This document shows, in pieces, positions 13,199 to 24,484 of a stretch of DNA of 64,000 bases (its first letter is position 1; each line of letters opens with the position of its first letter). This DNA comes from Pelomyxa schiedti (Eukaryota > Protista > Evosea). The notes below the pieces were generated by a model. The model searched no databases, was not told the origin of the DNA, and was given only the letters and a program-made list of their open reading frames with translations. A program made the translations under genes and the position numbers. Where the stretch lies: contig JAHLWZ010000822.1 in NCBI GenBank assembly GCA_020536535.1, forward strand, positions 45,337 through 109,336. The letters are read 5' to 3'.

Positions 13199-16100
13199 TT
13201 ATGTGTGGTGGGCACCAAAAGAACGGAATTGGGTAACCATTGAGGGTGTGATTTGCGGTGGGTCCATTGCTGCGAGTGCTGCCTTGAAGTGTGATTCTTC
13301 AACCTAGTAAGGAGTTGTGTGAGTGCTCGAGTGAGTGACATAATAAATAGTTAATGTATGTTTCAGAAAACAGCAAACCTGTGTGGCCTCGAGGCTGCTC
13401 CGAATTGCAAGAATTGCTGCTGAACGGCAAAGCCCAGCAAGCTCAGCTCCACTGTAACCTTCTGTAATGACGGCCAGTTGGTGCAGGTCCACAGAGGGGC
13501 TGCATGGAGTTTTGGCCAGATGTATTTTCAGTATGGCTTCCCGGGACTGCAAGTCAGGTGGACCAACATACAGAACCCGGTCAATTCTGCCTGGCCGCAG
13601 TAGAGCTGCATCCTGGGGTTTGTTTTTTTTCAGTGATTTTTCCCGAGATACGCGAGTTGGTGTGTTACCACGAGGTCGGGTCTGTTTGTTGCGGCTACTA
13701 CTGCAACCCCCCTGAGTGTCTGAACACCGTCCATTTCAACCAGCATCTGGCTCATAATTCTATCATTTACAGCTGTAACTCCTCTTTCAGAACCAAACAT
13801 TCCATCCAGTTCATCCTTTAGAAATGGGAATTGAGAGGGAAGAAGGGCAAGCATACAAAAAAAAGGATGGAAGGTGCATTTTGCCTGGCCTTTTTAAACA
13901 CGTCGCTAATTGCCTTTTCTGATTCACCCACATATTTTTTAAGAAGCTGGAAAGTGAAGGTCAAAACTGGAAAGAAAAGGAAACATTTTTCACCTGTGGT
14001 CCTTTCACGGCAATGAAGTTAAGGTGTGACTCGGTGGCCAGAGCCTGAGCAAGTAAAGTTTTTGAACATCCTGGAGGCCCATAAAGAAGAACTCCAGAAG
14101 GAGGTTTTATTCCCATCCTCATGAATGCCTCTGCATGCTGTAATTTCACAACTGTGAAATGATAAGACAAAACAAAGAGAGAACCTTAATTGGCCAATCA
14201 ATAACTTCTGTCAACTGCTGTTTGATGGAATCATGGCCTCCGATATCACTCCATCTAACGTTGGGTACATCAATTAATACCTTGTGTCATTGAAATAAAT
14301 CGTAGGTGTTTATTCGGACAATTTCGCTACCTCACGCATGGCACTTGGGCGGATGATTGCTTTGCCTGCAATAAAGTCATCAAGTGTAACTTGAAGGGTA
14401 TTTTCCTTTGCGTCACGTGCTGCTTGTGCGTGGTCTAAAAGAGTAAATAGTAGTAAACGCAGGTGCTAAAGTTACTTTTTCTTCGTCTGATAGCGAACAT
14501 GGCAGCTTCATTACATAGAGCACGCAAATCGGCCCCAACAAACCCATGTGTACCTGCTGCTAATTGGACAATCTCGTCTGGTGTCAGGGTGTGGGGAGTA
14601 TCGTGCAATAACAGTTCAAGTATTGATTGACGTGCTCTTTTATTCGGAACACCTGGATAAAATTAGAGCCAACAATAAACTCCTAGTTTTTGCTACTGAT
14701 TTCAAGTTCGCGATCAAATCTTCCAGCTCTTCTAAGGGCTAGGTCAACAGTATCAAGCCTTTTAAGATGAGATAGAACAGCCCAAAGGGAGAAATAAACC
14801 TATTTGTAGTAGCAATGACAACTACTCTCGCTGCAGGCTTGACGCCATCCATCAGAGTGAGTAATGTGGAAACAACTCTTCTCTCAACTTCATTGGTCGC
14901 CTGCATTAGGACTCTTACTGGTAAGTATGAATGCTCACGTCACACCTGGTCACGTTTTGGGCAAAGGGAGTCAATTTCATCTAACAAAACTATTGAAGGT
15001 GCATTCTGTGCAGCAGAGGAGAAGATCGCTCGAAGCTAGTTCTCGTGTGAGAGAAAGAGACAATAAAAAGTGCAACTTTCGCCTCGCTTTCTCCAACATA
15101 TTTAGACATTGTTTCCGAGCCTGATACTGAAAATAGTTTCACACCACAGTGCACTGCAGTGGAATGTGCGAGCAAGGTTTTGCCAGTTCCAGGTGGCCCA
15201 TAGAGAAGAACACCTTTTGGTGGTCTAACACCTTGGAGAATCAGTGTCACAATCACTGGTAGACAACTTGCCTAGCTTAGGGAAGAGTTCGGAGTGAAGT
15301 AGAGGCATTTCAACAAGGTCCCGCATTACTTGAATTTCGTTATCCAGTCCTGCAATGGCAGAAAAAGCTGTAAGCTGTTCCCGGGACTGAGGGATCATAG
15401 GTGAGCCAGATGTTTGCTCTTGTGGATGCTGAGTTGCATTTGAGGGAGGGAGGTCCCCATCTGTAGTGATAGTGATGGTTGCATCTGGGAGTACAACAAA
15501 TGCTTGTTGTTCTCTAACATTTGTGAGAAACCTTTCACAAGTTTAAAAAAAGAAAATATAACTCAAAAGCGGGCAAAGAGTTTTCTATCCGGAACGGAAT
15601 CTTCTGTGCCAGAATAGGAACTGAGACCGTAGTCCCAGATTGAGGCAAGACTTGAGAATAAAGGGCAGCGCCAACAAAATCACCAATCGGGGTATCCTTC
15701 AATCTATCTTGATCGTTTTACAAAGTGAAAGGGAAAAAAAAGAAGGGTGGGAAAAAAAAAACCGTGCTAATACCAGGTAATTCGCGAAGAGGTTTTGCCG
15801 TCAATGAAAAGGAGTAACAAGGTGGATACGCAAGAAGCTCAACCAAAGCATGCTCACCAGGAGTGATATCACACTTGACACAAGTAGCAATGTCCATGGA
15901 TATGCCTTGTGTAAACACCGCATGAGTGAGTTTTATTCTCTTGCACTGGCACTATCTAGCAACAACAAAAAAAAAAAAAAGGGAGAAACAAATTCCGCAG
16001 TGGAGAATGAACATTGCCACTAATGAAACAAATGCAATGGATACAATTTTGAGTCAGCCAATTCCCACAAGCAACAGGAACCACAACACTGGATCCAGAC

Positions 16101-16597
16101 CAAGAACATCCACCACCTCCACTACCATCCCCATCATCACAACCACCACCACCACGTCTGCTGGATTTCGAACCGGCGCCGCCGCCGGGAAACGAACCCC
16201 TGACCTCCAGCATGTCCCCGTACCCCACCCTCATCCGCGCCATCGTCGCTGGGTGAATTATGGCTACGCCCGATGGGTCGTCGGGCCTTGCTATTTTGAC
16301 CTCTAGTTTGGTGCTGCTTTGCTGCTGCTCCTGTTGTTGTTGGTCGAGAGCATGTTTGTTTGAAGAAGAAGAAGAAGAGGACCGCGACGGGGAGGCGTGG
16401 TTGTTGCTTATGCGAGGAGATGACGCAGAGGAAGTGTGGGAGGACTTGGGGGCAGGGAAGGAGCTCGGAGACGGGGGAGTCGACGGAACGCGCGTCGACT
16501 TGGATGTGGGCAGTCCCGCGCCTCGCGAATGAGACGGCGGCGGGGACGAGGGCAAGTGCGGCGACGACGAAGAAGACGGCGAACGCCGAGGTTTCAT
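13199..16597 (-). CDS. AFG2: Type II AAA+ ATPase, AFG2/Drg1/SPATA5 family
   Basis: D1 [14 protein letters not shown]2 [13 protein letters not shown] (typical of AFG2), [26 protein letters not shown]; many short introns. Confidence 0.88.
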
Positions 16598-17020
16598 CAA
16601 ATTGAACAGATTACCAAAATCCCAAACCAGCACACCCTGTGTTATACCGAAAAATGTATTAGAAAGGAACATGCTCGATGCAATTAGCAACAAAGTGGAG
16701 CCGCCTTGGAACTGGTGTATCCAAAAATGCTACCAAACATGTTTCTTTTTCCCCCGTGTGAACAAATGCAGTCTATACATCCATATCCCTCAAACCGAAT
16801 CACTCAACTCATGTATTCTCCCTGTAGTGTGTCGATTGGCGAGTGGTGCTCTACTTTGGTTAGTGGAACTATATAATTAGAATTACTAGTTCCTACAACT
16901 GGTTTCTATTTTTGGTTTTTTGGGCCAAGTTCCATCAACCGCCTGCCAAGTTGTCACCACAAGCACAAAAACTCACATAAAAAAAGCCTAAACAACACAC
17001 ACCAAAAAACACATTTCCGG

Positions 17021-18088
17021 ATGAGCCGGCGTGAACCTGAACGACGACAACGAGAGAACCAACGTGCACGTGCACGCGAACGTTGCTTGACAGAGGATGC
17101 AGCACTTGTTATAGACACTGATCCAGCATTCAGCACTTGGCCAATTGCAACTGTGAGAAACCTTACATACTTTATTCACCAAGGTACTACAAATTGCAGC
17201 GCGGAAGCGTTCTCACAGGCCTGTGCCAAATGGGAATCTGTCTGTGGGGTGGCATTCAAACCTGTGACGACAGTGCAAGAAGCTATGTTTGATATTAGGG
17301 ATGCTTCTCTGTATGAGGAGACACAAAGTAACAACACAGTCTTCTCACAGTCATTCTTTCCTGGTGACCCATCGGCGCACACTGTGGTGTGTTACAATAA
17401 AATGAATACACTAGCTCCTGGACTAGCTGTTTCTGTTTTCGCACATGAGCTTGGTCATATCTTGGGCTGGAGACATGAGCATATTAGGGATGCTGATGCT
17501 GCTACAAATAGGGGGGAGGCACATACGCCAACATGTGTTGATGTAACACCATATGACAGAAACTCTATAATGCACTATGATAAAATCCTTGGTGATATTG
17601 CTATGGGGCTGGTTTCAGAAATTAGTACTTATGATGCTCAAGGAGCCCGAGCTGTCTATGGTGCTCCTATTCGTTTCTCCCAAAGATCAATGTCGATAGA
17701 AGAAGCAAAGACCCTATGGGCACAAGACCCTAACGTGGATCGTGTACAGGTGCACCCTTGCCCATGTCAATGGAGGCCAGCTGGTGGAGCCCCACACCCA
17801 TGCCCCCTCAAGTCAAGCATATCAACACCGACAATGCTGTACACACGTGTGCAGCTCTCGCAGGTTCCCTCGACATGCTGCATTACGCCATCATTCCGCA
17901 GAGACACACTGTGCCCAAAAACAGGGTGTGACAATGGTGGCACACAAGGAGGATGGTGTGCCACCATAATGCCTGATGGTACATACCACTGCTTGCATTG
18001 CTGGTGCCACCGCAGGCCACATTTTACTGGTGCCTTTGAACCTTGTACTAAAACAGTGCACCAGTGCACTGTATGGGTTAGACTCTAA
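17021..18088 (+). CDS. Metzincin zinc metalloprotease (matrixin/astacin-like) with Cys-rich C-terminus, intronless
   Basis: HELGHILGWRHEH zinc motif and YDRNSIMHY Met-turn. Confidence 0.9.
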   Translation: MSRREPERRQRENQRARARERCLTEDAALVIDTDPAFSTWPIATVRNLTYFIHQGTTNCSAEAFSQACAKWESVCGVAFKPVTTVQEAMFDIRDASLYEETQSNNTVFSQSFFPGDPSAHTVVCYNKMNTLAPGLAVSVFAHELGHILGWRHEHIRDADAATNRGEAHTPTCVDVTPYDRNSIMHYDKILGDIAMGLVSEISTYDAQGARAVYGAPIRFSQRSMSIEEAKTLWAQDPNVDRVQVHPCPCQWRPAGGAPHPCPLKSSISTPTMLYTRVQLSQVPSTCCITPSFRRDTLCPKTGCDNGGTQGGWCATIMPDGTYHCLHCWCHRRPHFTGAFEPCTKTVHQCTVWVRL

Positions 18089-19222
18089 CAATCCCGCAAT
18101 CCCAGGTGTAAAAAGGGGTTAAAAGAAAAGAAACTTCCAAATTCATCATTTTGTGTTAGTCTTACAGTAAGCGACCTTACTAAAAATCGTAAACCGGCTG
18201 CGGTGAAGTACACACCACTTCTGATTTGTGTGGTGACACTTCTTTTTGAGAGCATGCCTTGCACTATGGATAATGTTCAATTGAAATTCTAAAGTTGGGT
18301 TAGGAGATCAAAAACACGAACCAACAAAAACAAACGGTTTTGCCGGTATTGTCAGTGGGGGGTGCACACTCAACAACAACAACACAACTGCAACAAGTGA
18401 CCATGAACATGACGCAAGAGAGATTACCATTGAATTCCAAAAAGAATGGATGCACACAAACACGAGCCCCAGCCCCGAGACTGGATATTTTCTTCACTCA
18501 ACTCCGTAGGCTCATTGCATACACAATACACACGTTGGAATGGAGTCTCAGCAGAATTCCCCAACGCACGCACAATCTGCAATCACGCTTCCGTAGCGCT
18601 GACAGCCTCATCGTCAACCCAAAACCACAGCGAATCTCCACCCGCAACAATGTCCAACAACAGCAACCAGCCAATGGAGTCTCCAGGTACGCCACCACCG
18701 AGGTCGATCTCGCACCGTTGCATGGCATTTGTATGTGTACAGCGACAGCAACAGCCGCACTGCACACCTCCACGTCACGTCGTTGAGGGGAAACCAGAAG
18801 TAGAATGAGAAGGTGCCTCAAGCGTTACTGGCCTGCTGTGTCCTGCTTTATGTGAGGAATCGAGTCACACTCAGAACATGTGAGGTCGATAAAAAAAATG
18901 TCCACCGAAACAGCACCCGAAATTGGTAACAAGAGAACGGGCGGCACCCATAAGTCTGAACCAGCACCCCAACAACAACAGCCACAACCAACAGCGGCAC
19001 CCATTTATCTGGAATTTACTTGCTTTTAGAGAGATGTGCAATTTTTCTTTGTGTTTCCTTTGTGTTCCAAGCCTGGTTTGCTCTGAATTGTTCTAAAAAA
19101 TTCGTTTTGGTGAATTGGAGTCTTGTTGTCAGTGGTGGGTGGAGGGAAAAATCTCCTCTTTTGGATTTAGCTGGCCCAAAGGGTGGACCAGAAACTGCAA
19201 GGGTGTCTGACATCTCATCGAA

Positions 19223-20461
19223 TCAATACTGATTCCAGTATGCATTTGATGAATCCCACGAAAGAAAGGTGCTCGGCAATGGCGCTGCGAACTTCCCAAC
19301 ACGAAACCCGGTGGGGCCATCATGCACTGTGATCAGTATCTCAGTGGCATTTATGTCAGCCACAGGCCGCTGTGTCGTTGAGGCAATGAGGCCTGATTGT
19401 GTGCTGGGCCGTGCCCATGTACAGGGTACTGAAAGTGAAGGTGCAGTTAGGTTGTTTCCTGTGTGGTAGACGTGGAACTGGCCTGAATTTGGTGTAGTAG
19501 TTGAATAAACAAAGGCGTGACTCGACCCAATCGGTATGACCAAACATCGCTTTGGAAATGCAAGTATCTTCTGAGTGGCGCAGTCAACAAGACAGTAAGC
19601 CATAGAGGGATGAAAATTATCCAGTGTGCACAGGGAACCGCCAGTCAACCACATGTAGCCCTCTGGCAGGCAGCAACCGCACATAACTTTAGATGTCACA
19701 ACCAGATGTTGTGTGCCGCAGCTGGCATCCAAATCCGCGAATATGATGCAGCCAAAACCAGTGCTTTCACTAGTAGTACACATAATTACGACATCATCGC
19801 ATATAGGTGAGAACTCGGCTCTGGCCGCCTCCACACCAAAGGAAACATCCCGGAAGTATGTGGGACTCTCACTTGGTACCTTCCACACACAAATCTCATT
19901 CCCCAAAGCGCACCTCACAATCCACCTCCTGTTGCACCTCAGAGTAAACACTCGCGAGTCCAATGACCCCCCAATGTAAAGCCGCGTTTTCGCGGGATCC
20001 TTCGGGTTCTTTGCATCCAGTGACTCCACGGCCATGTCGCGAACATCGCTGTAATAGAACCTCGTGCCCCGGGCGTCGTCGGTGTGATGGGCGCACAGGA
20101 CCCGCTTGTGGCCAAGGCACCCGCACACCATTGTGTCAGTCCCACAGGTCATCCAGTAATTCTCCACCACCCCCAGAGTAAGTGACACGCTCACAAAAAG
20201 GTATTGCTGCCGCCCGGTGCCCTCGGGGTCGCTTATGGGAAGCCTGAAAACCGCCTCCCGCGACGGCCTCAGCACCCAGTCCTCCGCCCACGCCCTCACA
20301 ATAGCAGCAGATTGACACCACTGAACCATCGACTCGGCCGGCGAGCGGTGGCCACTGCGTGAAGACGCAGGTCTCCTGGCAACAACGGGTGCACAGCATA
20401 CTGCCAGCACTTGTGACTTCGCTGTCACTGTGCCAGAGGTTTTGCCTTGGCGTTGTCCCAT
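19223..20461 (-). CDS. Intronless lineage-specific family protein (paralogue of 11830-13161)
   Basis: 412-aa ORF, colinear similarity over its full length, e.g. FHVYHTGNNLTAPSLSVPCTWA vs FEVYNTGNYLAAPSLCIPCSWA. Confidence 0.82.
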   Translation of the reverse strand: MGQRQGKTSGTVTAKSQVLAVCCAPVVARRPASSRSGHRSPAESMVQWCQSAAIVRAWAEDWVLRPSREAVFRLPISDPEGTGRQQYLFVSVSLTLGVVENYWMTCGTDTMVCGCLGHKRVLCAHHTDDARGTRFYYSDVRDMAVESLDAKNPKDPAKTRLYIGGSLDSRVFTLRCNRRWIVRCALGNEICVWKVPSESPTYFRDVSFGVEAARAEFSPICDDVVIMCTTSESTGFGCIIFADLDASCGTQHLVVTSKVMCGCCLPEGYMWLTGGSLCTLDNFHPSMAYCLVDCATQKILAFPKRCLVIPIGSSHAFVYSTTTPNSGQFHVYHTGNNLTAPSLSVPCTWARPSTQSGLIASTTQRPVADINATEILITVHDGPTGFRVGKFAAPLPSTFLSWDSSNAYWNQY

Positions 20462-20717
20462 CTCTCCCTTAAAATTTTTTCAAGTGGCTGAATAATCAAC
20501 AGACCGGGATGCAGGGTTGTTATTTCAAGTAAGTACTTGTTGATCTGGGTTTTACTAAACAAGCACCATCAAGTCTTGAAACAACCCTGCGGTAATTATC
20601 GTTATCGTCACTCAGGATCGGCGGTCTGCCAAGTGTTAAAAAAACAGTCATATCTTTTGCTTTCTTGGGCCAGTTTTATCAGGTACTGATATTCTTTGTC
20701 TTGTGTGGTGTATTACA

Positions 20718-21983
20718 TTAGTACAAGAAGGAGGAATGGTGGTCCAGTCGCGAAAAAGGTCTGAACAATTTGAAGGTCATGATATCTGCACCTGAGTGCT
20801 CATCTTTCACGTGAATTTCAGTTCTGGTGTGTTTAATCTCAAAGATAAGTCCACCTTCAAAGAAAGTTTCACTCTCTAAGTGTGTGCTTCCTGCCTTCAA
20901 TGGCTCCATTGGATTGTCATTGACATCCCAGACCTCAGAGAAACCGTGAGTGATAACACAAAACTGTGATTTGCTGAGCTGTGTCTCCACCTGAAGGCGT
21001 TTAAAATATGGAGTTGTAGTAGTCACCATTTGAACATTTCCGGTGCCTTCCTCAATGATTACAACAACAGGATTCCTGCCTTTAAGTCTACGGTAGCAAG
21101 GTAGAGCACAAACAAATGAGTGGGTTCCACTCTCCTTTGTCAGTACAAGGTAGTAACCAAGCTGCAGTAGTGGGTCAAAAAAGGAAGGGGTCGCATAAGT
21201 AACGCCGCCAATATGAGGTGCTGTTGAGCTCAGCACGGCTAGTGTGTTGGTATCAATTGTTTGAGCGAGGTCCACAATAACAAACTGGCAGGTAACCGAG
21301 CACAAACCGGCTTTATGGAAGCAGAATGAAATACGGTCTTCTTCACTTCTGCAGAACGAGAGAATACAGGTGTTCCAATCGCCTTTTATCTGATCACAAA
21401 TTGGCACAACACTTACCTTCGCAGTCGCTCCGGGAATAAGTTTTTGCTGTGGGAGCTGAACAACTGTGATTTCTTTCCTTACTTGATCGCAGTTCACAAA
21501 CCACTTCCCGTTCGTACGGGAATTTGTCCCGTCCTCGTCCTCGCGCCGGCGAAACAAAGGCGACCTCTCGCCCGTCACTCTGTCCCACAATTGATACAGC
21601 TTACACGCCTCTTCCTCGCCCTCCTTCTCTTGCACACCCGCTTTGGAGGCGGCGAGCAAATACCGCCGGCTGGCGCACGCCAGCTCCTCCTCCTCGCCCC
21701 GGCGCGTCCACCACGCCGCGGGGTGCGTGACCGACAGGAGCAGCGGCGAGAGGCCAAAGGCGAGCAGCACCGAGTACCGCGGGTTGCGCCACCGCAGGCA
21801 GAAGAGCCTGGCGGAGCCGGCCTCCGCCGTCGCCCAGCACCACACGAGCCTCACGGCCGCCGCGCCGGTGCTGTCTGGCAGGCGCAACAATGGGCAGCCG
21901 AGGCCGCACCTCGGGTGGGTGCCTGCTGCCAAGGCCAAGATCTGCTCGCGCAGCGTAGGGGCCGAGGGACACGCGACTACCAC
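20718..21983 (-). CDS. Intronless lineage-specific family protein, more distant member; no in-frame ATG start
   Basis: 421-codon ORF with LREQILALAAGTHPRCG, TNGKWFV, VDLAQT..T..L.V. Confidence 0.65.
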   Translation of the reverse strand: MVVACPSAPTLREQILALAAGTHPRCGLGCPLLRLPDSTGAAAVRLVWCWATAEAGSARLFCLRWRNPRYSVLLAFGLSPLLLSVTHPAAWWTRRGEEEELACASRRYLLAASKAGVQEKEGEEEACKLYQLWDRVTGERSPLFRRREDEDGTNSRTNGKWFVNCDQVRKEITVVQLPQQKLIPGATAKVSVVPICDQIKGDWNTCILSFCRSEEDRISFCFHKAGLCSVTCQFVIVDLAQTIDTNTLAVLSSTAPHIGGVTYATPSFFDPLLQLGYYLVLTKESGTHSFVCALPCYRRLKGRNPVVVIIEEGTGNVQMVTTTTPYFKRLQVETQLSKSQFCVITHGFSEVWDVNDNPMEPLKAGSTHLESETFFEGGLIFEIKHTRTEIHVKDEHSGADIMTFKLFRPFSRLDHHSSFLY

Positions 21984-22083
21984 GTGATTACAGGGGCAGC
22001 GTACTCGCCAGCTGTTCTGTTGCGCCGTCCTTCAAATCGGTAGGCGAAGAAAAGAGAGACAAAAAAAATTGATTGCACACTAG

Positions 22084-24384
22084 ATGAGCCAGCAGGACCC
22101 ACGGGCGGCGCCTTCGCGGGACGGGGAGGGAACCGCCGCCGAGCACGAGCCCACGCCCATGCCCGAGTTCATCTCTTTGGCCCAGTACAGCGGAGCCACC
22201 CTCCGCACAAGCAGCGGCCTCCCAACCCAATCCCGGCACCAGAACCACCACCCACAACAACAACAACCACAACGACAACAGCAGCGGCAACAGCAACAAC
22301 AAGCGCCACCCCACCCACCCCAGCGCAAACGCCCCCGCGTAGAGGAGGCCGCCGCCCCCGCGCCTCGCACCGCGCTCATGCCCCTCCCGCAGGCGCAGAC
22401 GCAACCGCAGGTGCGGCCGCGCCCGGCTCCCGCGGCGCTTCCGCCCCCGCCCCCGCCTCGGCCGCCGTGCCCCGACAGCAGAGGTCCCGCGCCGCGGCCC
22501 GCGCCGCCTGTGGACCAATCACGGGACCAGGCACGGCAAGGGGGTGGCGGCCAGCCACTCCCTCGAATGGAGGAGGGCCCGTGGACCGTGATCGACTCTG
22601 ACGACGACAGCACTAGCAAGGAGATCGGTGAGGAGGACGACGACGACGTGGTGGAGGTGCCGCCCCCCATAATGCCGACTACGACTGCACCACCGCCGCT
22701 TAATTCTCTCGCTCTTGCACCTACTCACAGAGAGTGCACTGCAAATCCTTCTCACGCAATTCCAGCGGAACCTGCTGCTGCGGCTCCAGTTCTAACTCCC
22801 CCAGTTAAAGTTCCCATTGCAACTGCACCAATAACCACTTCAGTTCTCACTCGCCCTCCAGCAACTCCACTTGGAACAACTCAACTTCAATTTGAAGCTT
22901 CAAATCCCACTCCAACTCCACGTCTAAATGCAACTGCAACTCCAACGCCTAATTCTACTTGTAGTACTTCAGCTCTGGCTCCGCCGTCTATTACCACATC
23001 CAAAACTTCAGCTCCAGTGTTTCCTTCAAACCCCATCAAATCCGCCACGCCGGGCAGTTCGCAACCTTGTAGGCAGCAGCAGCAGGAAGAACGAGCTCTG
23101 CCCCAGCAGCAACAGCAACTCGAAAAGAAAGAAGCCAAGCCGCAACAAAAGATAGGTCTGGAACTTGGACTGGAACCCCAGCCGCCACTTGCATTGGCTC
23201 CCTCGCCATTGTGCGCTATTCCAGCCCCTCACCCGCAGCCGCCACAACCTCAATTCACAACAATCAAGCACAATAACATACCGCAGAAGAAGGATTCCCA
23301 AATAGAGGCCCTCAATCCCGTTATAGAGCATTCACCCTTGCAAGCTGAAACACAGGCCCACATGCAAGAGCAAAATCGAGCACAAGCGCAACCACAGAAG
23401 CAGCCGCAGACACAGACACAACTGCAACCGCTATCGCAACAGCAACAGCAACCGCTATCGCAACAGCAACAGCAACCACAACCACAATCGAACATGCCTC
23501 TCTTCCCACAAACACTTCAAAAACAACCACAACAACAAACCCCAGTGTCGCAAGAACCTCAACAGTTAGAGCCTTCAACTCATCCACTGCTCCAAACACA
23601 AAAGAGATTGGAAGTGGAAATAGAAAAACCAATAGAGAGACGAGCAGCGACACAACCACAGACAAGTCCCCAGGAACCCAACACCACACAGAAAACCAAT
23701 CAAAACCGCGAACCCATTATGGAACCCAGTGTTCTCCAACACGGTGCACCTCCACCCCCTGCGCGACCTTCAAATGAAGCCCGAATCAGGCGGACTTGCT
23801 TATCATTCTTAGAGGAAATGGAACAGCATGATGCTTACAAAGACAGGACCGAAAGGAATAGCGGAATGGCTGCCAAAGAAATCCGGAAGACATTCATAGC
23901 CGACTGGCTCAACTCGCTGACTGAGACTGAGAAAAAGCGCAACCTCTACGACATGGTTGCGATATTCCAGTCGGGAAACATTCCTGCCAACTTCGCTGTC
24001 AATGTGTCACCTTCAGAAGCAGCAGTTGTTTGTGAGAAAGAGTGGACCGCGGAACAGGTCGCTAAAGCCAAAGCCGAACGCCAAAACAGACATCAAGAAA
24101 CGCACACCGAAGAAGCTCACACAGAGGAAACACAACAAGATGCAATCCAAAGGAATGCTGGGAAAAATAAGCCAAAGAAACACCCCAAGCACCCGCCAAA
24201 TTACGCAAATCAGGACCCACAGCCCCCAACACAAATTCATTCATCAACAATTCCAACAAGTGACAACACACTACAGCACATTGCTGCCACGAAAAAGACC
24301 AATGCAAACCCTGAATCCACTACAACAGCAGGGAAGCCCCGGAACAACGATATACAAGTAATTGTGCTGGATGACGATGAGTGA
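22084..24384 (+). CDS. Gln/Pro-rich disordered protein with candidate SUMO-interacting motifs
   Basis: 766-aa intronless ATG ORF; VIDSDDD, DDDDVVEV, C-terminal VIVLDDDE; small helical segment near residues 565-665. Confidence 0.75.
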   Translation: MSQQDPRAAPSRDGEGTAAEHEPTPMPEFISLAQYSGATLRTSSGLPTQSRHQNHHPQQQQPQRQQQRQQQQQAPPHPPQRKRPRVEEAAAPAPRTALMPLPQAQTQPQVRPRPAPAALPPPPPPRPPCPDSRGPAPRPAPPVDQSRDQARQGGGGQPLPRMEEGPWTVIDSDDDSTSKEIGEEDDDDVVEVPPPIMPTTTAPPPLNSLALAPTHRECTANPSHAIPAEPAAAAPVLTPPVKVPIATAPITTSVLTRPPATPLGTTQLQFEASNPTPTPRLNATATPTPNSTCSTSALAPPSITTSKTSAPVFPSNPIKSATPGSSQPCRQQQQEERALPQQQQQLEKKEAKPQQKIGLELGLEPQPPLALAPSPLCAIPAPHPQPPQPQFTTIKHNNIPQKKDSQIEALNPVIEHSPLQAETQAHMQEQNRAQAQPQKQPQTQTQLQPLSQQQQQPLSQQQQQPQPQSNMPLFPQTLQKQPQQQTPVSQEPQQLEPSTHPLLQTQKRLEVEIEKPIERRAATQPQTSPQEPNTTQKTNQNREPIMEPSVLQHGAPPPPARPSNEARIRRTCLSFLEEMEQHDAYKDRTERNSGMAAKEIRKTFIADWLNSLTETEKKRNLYDMVAIFQSGNIPANFAVNVSPSEAAVVCEKEWTAEQVAKAKAERQNRHQETHTEEAHTEETQQDAIQRNAGKNKPKKHPKHPPNYANQDPQPPTQIHSSTIPTSDNTLQHIAATKKTNANPESTTTAGKPRNNDIQVIVLDDDE
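23425..23475 (+). repeat. 24-bp tandem duplication (QPLSQQQQ x2)
   Basis: caaccgctatcgcaacagcaacag occurs twice. Confidence 0.85.
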
Positions 24385-24484
24385 AATTGAAAAATGAAAA
24401 ATGAATAGGGAAAGGCCCAGACAACAGTGCCTTTGTTTTCTTTGTTGTATCACTACATAGGAAGAAGGCATAACGTGTGCTTCT

